A DNA stretch of 11,159 nucleotides, taken from positions 1 to 11,159 of the forward strand of contig JBGTHM010000002.1 in NCBI GenBank assembly GCA_041746255.1, given 5' to 3'. Position numbers and translations under genes: made by a program. Below are positions 7,877 to 11,159 of the stretch, one piece after another. The stretch comes from Fibrobacteria bacterium (GTDB lineage Bacteria; Fibrobacterota; Fibrobacteria; UBA11236). Each line of letters opens with the position of its first letter. Within the stretch, counting starts at the first letter, position 1. Under the pieces are notes generated by a model. That model made no database searches. It worked only from the letters and a program-made list of their open reading frames with translations, and was not told the DNA's origin.

Positions 7877-7914
7877 CGCCGCGAGGCGGTTTCGACTTGA
7901 ATGAATTGTTTGTC
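7877..7914 (-). mobile_element. Truncated, degenerate integron attC site (left half only)
   Basis: The minus strand reads GACAAAC-AATTC-ATTCAAGT-CGAAACCGCCTCGCGGCG, starting 12 nt after the permease stop. It matches 32/38 positions of the aadA-type attC left half as I recall it (GTCTAACAATTCATTCAAGCCGACGCCGCTTCGCGGCG). There is no intact L'/R' half. Confidence 0.7.
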
Positions 7915-7926
7915 GCTATCTTGAAA

Positions 7927-8337
7927 TCATGGCTCAGGCGTGCCCGTGTCCTGATTTCCTTGATCCAGATTCGCCCTAGCTGTTGCGGCAAGCGTGCGGT
8001 ATTTGGATCGAAATGCATCTAACTTATCTTCCTCAATGTCCTCCAGATCCAGAAGAGCGTTGTGCGCGCCTTGAGTCGCCCGAATAAGTTCATCAAGCTT
8101 TATTTGAATGGCCTCTGTGTCGCGGTTCTGAGTGTTTTGAATAAGGAACACCATCAAGAAAGTTATAATGGTGGTGCTCGTATTATTCACCAATTGCCAG
8201 GTGTCACTGAACCCAAAGAGAGGACCAGTGATAAGCCAAAGGGCGATGATGCCCACGGCGAAAGTGAAGGCGCGCGGTCGTCCGCAAAATCGTGCGGATG
8301 CTTTTGCGAACCGAGTATACCAAGAAGCGTTTTGCAT
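7927..8337 (-). CDS. Low-affinity iron permease family protein (Fet4-like, Iron_permease)
   Basis: Family signature WLITGPLFGFSDTWQLVNNTSTTIITFLMVFLIQNTQNRDTEAIQIKLDELIRA...NALLDLE. GGAGAGG RBS. Confidence 0.93.
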   Translation of the reverse strand: MQNASWYTRFAKASARFCGRPRAFTFAVGIIALWLITGPLFGFSDTWQLVNNTSTTIITFLMVFLIQNTQNRDTEAIQIKLDELIRATQGAHNALLDLEDIEEDKLDAFRSKYRTLAATARANLDQGNQDTGTPEP

Positions 8338-8356
8338 GACGCGATCCTCTCCCTTG

Positions 8357-8363
8357 ACCTAAC
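8357..8363 (-). other. GTTAGGT core site (GTTRRRY) at the putative 5' boundary of the permease cassette
   Basis: Lies 19 nt upstream of the ATG and just before the RBS, the usual geometry of promoterless integron cassettes. A 7-mer alone is weak evidence and is meaningful only together with the attC remnant. Confidence 0.55.
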
Positions 8364-8712
8364 CGGGACATCCTTTTCATGAGTTCAAGGACATCGTTTT
8401 CGATTAGTTTTTGTTTAAATCTTGACTCGTTATCATAGATTCCAAAATACTCCCCATCGGTCAGATAATTATTCCTGGCTCCAATTCCATACAAGTGTCC
8501 ATACCATCAAACACTGATAAACTGATCATCCGGGACCTTCACGGCAAAATGCTGTATGAAATTCCCGTTTACAATGTACCCGGGCTCATTCTGAAATAGG
8601 CTTGAATCGTGGAGCTTCAAATCCAATCTGATTGAGTAGCGCCCAATCCATTGGCGACTCCGCCAACTATGTCCTGCGCCAGCGTTGAATTCGCGCCGTA
8701 CCAGTTTGTTGA

Positions 8713-9018
8713 TTAACCGGGTTGAGGACCTTCATAGCCTTCAATTATGGTAAGATCAATATTCGCGCCCTCTTTGCGAAAACCTGCCGCATGCTGATAT
8801 TCCTTCGAGTGCCAGCATTCGAGTGCCGCTTCATAGCTTGGGAATTCGATCACAACGTTACGTGATCGGCAAAATCCCTCCGGACTTTCAAAACGGCCGG
8901 CACGGACGAGAAATTTTGCGCCGTAATTTTTGAAGGGCACTCCATTGGCGGCTATATATTCTTGGTACTTTTCTTGATTAGTGATGTCCACGTGGACAAT
9001 CCAGTAGCCTTTAGGCAT
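8713..9018 (-). CDS. DUF1330 domain-containing protein
   Basis: MPKGYWIVHVDITNQEKYQEY...YGAKFLVRAG....PEG..RSRNVVIEFPSYEAALECWHSKEYQ..IIEGYEGPQP. ATG at 9018 with GGGAG upstream is preferred over the track start at 9099. Confidence 0.93.
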   Translation of the reverse strand: MPKGYWIVHVDITNQEKYQEYIAANGVPFKNYGAKFLVRAGRFESPEGFCRSRNVVIEFPSYEAALECWHSKEYQHAAGFRKEGANIDLTIIEGYEGPQPG

Positions 9019-9359
9019 CCATACTCCCGACACTGTAAAATATTTTTTCCAACCCCCGTCTAAACGTAAAAAAATCGGATTGCGCGTCGCCTGAAACAAC
9101 GTGGTTCCTCAGCAATTTACCGCCGTGAACAAGACCATGGCCGATGGAGTCCGAAATAGCGAGATATTAGACTACCGAGCACATCCGGTAACTTGCAGAT
9201 AGTGCTTTCTGGCGGGAAAATAGACCCAAAACCCCAACGGAATATCCTCGGACGTACTATTTTATATCGAGTGCGATGGCTGAAGTCGAACTCGAGCGGC
9301 TTTTCCAATCCTAGTCTTATGGAGGAAATATCCTTTGAAATCACGACTTACACTGCAAA

Positions 9360-9866
9360 GACGGTCGCTTGGTGGTCTTGCATTGGGGAGGGGACCATAA
9401 ACCCATCCATTTGCGCCAGACCCAGGGCAAAGTCTTCATTCTCAGCGGTATAACGGGAGACAATCCCCAGGTGACGTTCAAGGAATTCGCCTCCGGACTC
9501 GAGGAACCGATGGGATTGGCCGTGGTCGATGACGAGATATACATTTCCGGTGGGAATGCGCTGCTCCACTTGGAAGATTTGAACAAAAACGGCAGAATGG
9601 ATAATGCCCGTAAAGTTTGGTCGAATGGTGATACGCATGGCCGCCATGAATTCTTTTTCGGGCTGCTTTACCGCGATGGCAAATTCTATGGCAACATGTC
9701 ATCCGAAAAGGGTACGAACATTACTAACGACAACCGCGGCAACCATGTCGTCATCGACAAGGCTACCGGCGCGCGCGAGGTGGTGGCGGCAGGCTTACGC
9801 ACACCGAACGGCATCGGTTGGGGTCCCGATGGAGAAATTGAAGGCCTCCGGCAAAGTGGCCTTTGA
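9360..9866 (+). pseudogene. Internal fragment of a beta-propeller protein (sorbosone-dehydrogenase-like / DUF7133-type)
   Basis: DGRLVV..W, FASGLEEPMGLAVVDDEIYIS, HEFFFGLLYRDGKFY, AAGLRTPNGIGWGPDGEI. An in-frame TGA at 9336 precedes it, with no signal peptide. Similarity stops at about 9839, where a TDNQG-type motif is expected, and a stop follows at 9864-9866. Confidence 0.75.
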
Positions 9867-9935
9867 AATGCCGGCGGTGCTGATCTTATTTGACTGAATT
9901 TTCGGACCGGTTCTAACCTCAAAAAGGAGAGCCGA

Positions 9936-10319
9936 ATGATCGAAGAAATCCTCACCCATTGCCGAAAAGGACCCGGTGGACGGCGTCTTTTGACTGCCGA
10001 ACAGAAAAGACGTATCGTGGAATATTGGCAGAATAGCGGGCTTTCAGGACCCGAATTCTGCCGTCGACACGATATCCTTTTAGCCATGCTCTATAAGTGG
10101 CGAAAGGATTCCATCCGAGGAGCCAAAATGGGAATCCAGAACGACGGCGAATTGTTCAGCGATGCCGATATAGACGCCCTACAGAAGCAAAATGATGAAT
10201 TGAAGAAGGCCCTGGGCGAAGCCCATCTGGATATTAAGATTTTAAAAAAAAAGTTAGAGATGGATGCCCTAAAACGAGCCGGGAAGAAATCCAGAATTAC
10301 GCCCGAGGATTTGAAGTGA
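9936..10319 (+). CDS. IS3-family OrfA (HTH plus coiled coil)
   Basis: AAGGAG RBS. RRLLTAEQKRRIVE...EFCRRHDI..AMLYKWRK HTH. Coiled coil LQKQNDELKKALGE..LDIKILKKK. Confidence 0.92.
   Translation: MIEEILTHCRKGPGGRRLLTAEQKRRIVEYWQNSGLSGPEFCRRHDILLAMLYKWRKDSIRGAKMGIQNDGELFSDADIDALQKQNDELKKALGEAHLDIKILKKKLEMDALKRAGKKSRITPEDLK
10244..10253 (+). promoter_or_regulatory. Programmed -1 frameshift/slippage site A9G producing the OrfAB transposase
   Basis: AAAAAAAAAG is read in orfA as ..A AAA AAA AAG (contains A_AAA_AAG). The -1 frame has a TAA at 10235 and is then stop-free from 10238 into orfB. Confidence 0.85.
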
Positions 10320-11131
10320 GTCAGAACAGGGTCCTTCGCCTTTTCGGGATTTCCAAGGGGACGGCCTACTATAAGAAGAAGGGGTACCCGAAGGTTCGAC
10401 TTTCCATCGTCCGCAAGCAAGACGATGCTTTGGAAATCATTCGGGAAATCTGCCGGAAAAGGCCTACCTACGGCTGTCCACGCGTTCGAGCTATTGCCAA
10501 AAGGGATTATGGGCTTGTCCTGTCGGGGTATAAAGTGCATCGCCTGATGAAAGAAGATGGACTTTTGCTTCAGCTTCGAGGAACTCGTAAGCCGCCTCGC
10601 GAACATACGGGAAAGGTGTCTGTTAAAACTTCGAATACACGCTGGGCCAGTGACCTTACGCAAATTAGGCTTTGGGATGGAACCCGGCTTAGGTTCACAT
10701 ATATTCTGGATTGCTGTGACCGTAATATTCTGGCCTACAGGCTGGGTCGCTACATGTGGGCGGTGGACATTGAACAGATGATGCAAGAAGCCCTTTTGAA
10801 GCGGTTCGGACAATTGCCTACTCCAAAAAAACTGGAGTTCTTGCATGACAATGGACCGGAATATTTGGAGCATGCGTTCCAAAAACAGTTGAAGGAATGG
10901 AAGGTAACCAACTGCAACACTCCGACTTATTCGCCGCAATCCAACGGGATGTGTGAAGCCTTCAACGGGACGTTTAAACGGGATTATGTATACCAAAACT
11001 GCCTCGAATCCGAGGAGGAGGTTCAAAAAATGATAAAGGAATGGGTCGAAGACTATAATTCATTTGCTCCACACTCAGCCCTTGGAATGAAATCACCTAT
11101 GGAATTTTTTAAACTTAAATCAGCAGCGTAA
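10316..11131 (+). CDS. IS3-family OrfB (DDE/rve catalytic domain), IS2 InsD-like
   Basis: PTYGCPRV, VHRLMKEDGL, RWASD, LDCCDR (IS2-group hallmark), LHDNG, SPQSNGMCEAF..TFKRDY, YNSFAPHSALGMKSPMEF. The frame is open upstream to 10238. Confidence 0.95.
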   Translation: MSQNRVLRLFGISKGTAYYKKKGYPKVRLSIVRKQDDALEIIREICRKRPTYGCPRVRAIAKRDYGLVLSGYKVHRLMKEDGLLLQLRGTRKPPREHTGKVSVKTSNTRWASDLTQIRLWDGTRLRFTYILDCCDRNILAYRLGRYMWAVDIEQMMQEALLKRFGQLPTPKKLEFLHDNGPEYLEHAFQKQLKEWKVTNCNTPTYSPQSNGMCEAFNGTFKRDYVYQNCLESEEEVQKMIKEWVEDYNSFAPHSALGMKSPMEFFKLKSAA

Positions 11132-11159
11132 CCGGTTCGAAAATTGGCCGATAAGACCA

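Larger units (their letters stand above)
9881..11159 (+). mobile_element. Complete IS3-family insertion sequence, IS2 group, 1279 bp
   Basis: TG...CA termini. IRL TGATCTTATTTGACTGAATTTTCGGACCGGTT (9881-9912) vs reverse complement of the right end TGGTCTTATCGGCCAATTTTCGAACCGGTT. orfA and orfB lie in the 0 and -1 frames. Confidence 0.93.

Noticed and set aside
823..7920. GTCGCTATC repeated at 823-831 and 7912-7920 as possible attL/attR
   Set aside because: Shared 9-mers are expected many times by chance in 11 kb, and the second copy overlaps the attC remnant.
8651..8666. TTGGCG-ACTC-CGCCAA hairpin downstream of DUF1330 as a terminator
   Set aside because: Only a 6-bp stem, with no U-tract on either strand.
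8364..8712. In-frame TGA as selenocysteine or recoding
   Set aside because: No redox motif context, no start codon with RBS and no evident SECIS. Decay or a shadow frame is simpler.
8640..9060. DUF1330 gene as a second integron cassette (AATCAAC after the stop, GTTGGCG downstream, GTTGGAA upstream)
   Set aside because: The boxes are not complementary, do not fit GTTRRRY, and no attC-like hairpin is visible.
9117..9453. Short ORFs 9117..9344 (-) and 9193..9453 (+)
   Set aside because: No recognisable motif or convincing start. The region may be a remnant but cannot be called.
10091..11026. 311-aa minus-strand ORF inside the IS
   Set aside because: Antisense to a clear transposase, with no independent support.
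1..11159. CRISPR array, tRNA or rRNA
   Set aside because: No regularly spaced repeat-spacer series or RNA gene signatures seen. The 827/907 pair has only two copies.

Overview
Probably from a Fibrobacterota genome (inferred from a TIGR02147-type protein and secreted proteins with short '(D/Q/R)G(R/D)' C-terminal tails). The window opens with the 3' end of a GC-rich Y-family polymerase gene (<1-728), followed by a lower-GC accessory region. A convergent intergenic stretch holds two 21-bp imperfect palindromes 80 bp apart, joined by helically phased A-tracts. Three minus-strand secreted proteins follow (two polysaccharide-lyase-like, one 'HEWGTF' hypothetical). Divergent from them is a TIGR02147/DUF4423 protein translationally coupled to a lipoprotein with an internal tandem duplication. 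Next is a mosaic zone: a low-affinity iron permease gene that looks like a stranded integron cassette with a truncated aadA-like attC, a DUF1330 gene and gene fragments. A complete IS3-family (IS2 group) element with an A9G -1 frameshift site ends exactly at the last base. All family assignments come from recognising motifs by eye, not from database searches.
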